Source: a virus
IMG/VR virus record: IMGVR_UViG_3300020026_000002
Span: 1-6,068 of that record
Strand: one strand, 5' to 3'
Length of the DNA stretch: 6,068 nucleotides
Shown here: piece by piece, positions 5,543-6,068 of the stretch
How the letters are laid out: each line of letters begins with the position of its first letter
Position numbering within the stretch: position 1 is the stretch's first letter
Notes under the pieces: generated by a model
The model's database searches: none
The model's input: only the letters and a program-made list of their open reading frames with translations
Told to the model about the DNA's origin: nothing
Program-made: the position numbers and the translations under genes

Positions 5543-6068
5543 TTAAATAATTAGTTGAAGTTTATAATGATCTCTCCAAAACTGAAGAATATCCAAATCC
5601 AGCCAAGTGGGAGGGTCAAAGTCGGGCATCTTACGAGAGGAGGCGGAAAAACGCATTATTTGCTTCTGCTCCCACGTATATGACGCTCTACGGGATACGG
5701 CGGAATCGAGGCCAAACCGCTCAACGCACAGAGACACAATACGCTTAACCAGAGGAGACTCGCTAAAACGTGCATAAGAATCAGCAGCGGTAATCGAGCG
5801 TGTAACCTCGTCTTCCGGTTTGAGATATCTAAGATAGTACCGAGGAATCGAGTAATTATAATTGATACGCTTCTCAAAATCAAAATAAGACCACGACGAA
5901 ACACGAGCAGAAGGGCAAGGCATATAACCAAGAAAATCACCAACGCCAGCAGATACGAATTTTCGCGTATAACGGCGATGTTGGAGGAGGCAAGATAAAG
6001 GTGTAAGATTTCCATCTACGGTAACATATTTATCCGAAATTTCTTCGGGGTTGAACTGAATCTGTTTA
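5543..6068 (-). CDS. VP4: Replication initiation protein VP4, C-terminal part (5950..6068 duplicates 1..119)
   Basis: The same frame reads across the junction as ...RKFVSAGVGDFLGYMPCPSARVSSWSY... and ends at TAA 5543..5545. The 126-aa track ORF 5543..5923 is only the tail, starting from an internal Met. The full gene on the circle is complement(join(5543..5949,1..664)), 1071 nt, 356 aa. Confidence 0.9.
   Translation of the reverse strand, partial: KQIQFNPEEISDKYVTVDGNLTPLSCLLQHRRYTRKFVSAGVGDFLGYMPCPSARVSSWSYFDFEKRINYNYSIPRYYLRYLKPEDEVTRSITAADSYARFSESPLVKRIVSLCVERFGLDSAVSRRASYTWEQKQIMRFSASSRKMPDFDPPTWLDLDILQFWRDHYKLQLII
5950..6068. repeat. Terminal direct repeat, right copy (identical to 1..119)
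   Basis: Same comparison as for the left copy. The offset is 5949 bp, a multiple of 3, so the Rep frame is preserved across the junction. Confidence 0.95.

Noticed and set aside
1-6068. tRNA, rRNA, CRISPR array, integrase or transposase, or an alternative genetic code
   Set aside because: No repeat-spacer periodicity or cloverleaf-like segments were seen. All large genes are intact under the standard code, so there is no sign of TGA or TAG reassignment. No ORF is large enough or carries motifs for an integrase.

Overview
This window is a complete, circularly permuted Microviridae (ssDNA phage) genome. Bases 1..119 are identical to 5950..6068, so the unit length is 5949 bp and the ends are an assembly overlap. 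All supportable genes are on the minus strand, so the window shows the complement of the virion/mRNA strand, and they cover roughly nine-tenths of the unit. The minus-strand order is: replication initiator VP4 (356 aa, split by the window ends and so absent from the ORF track as one ORF), major capsid VP1 (598 aa), an acidic 98-aa ORF, a small membrane or lipoprotein-like ORF, pilot protein VP2 (418 aa), and two unknown ORFs (105 and 107 aa). These are followed by a GC-rich, hairpin-dense noncoding region of about 240 nt, a doubtful 68-aa ORF, and then VP4 again. No start codon has a Shine-Dalgarno sequence, and two Bacteroidetes-type -7 boxes (TAnnTTTG) lie 22-26 nt upstream of start codons, which suggests a Bacteroidetes host. 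Points worth follow-up are a lipobox-bearing small protein, two overprinted transmembrane ORFs (phiX174 E/K-like lysis or membrane candidates), and a two-gene accessory unit with its own promoter and terminator. The structured intergenic region may act as an origin or attachment site. I ran no database searches, so all homology calls rest on motif recognition by eye.
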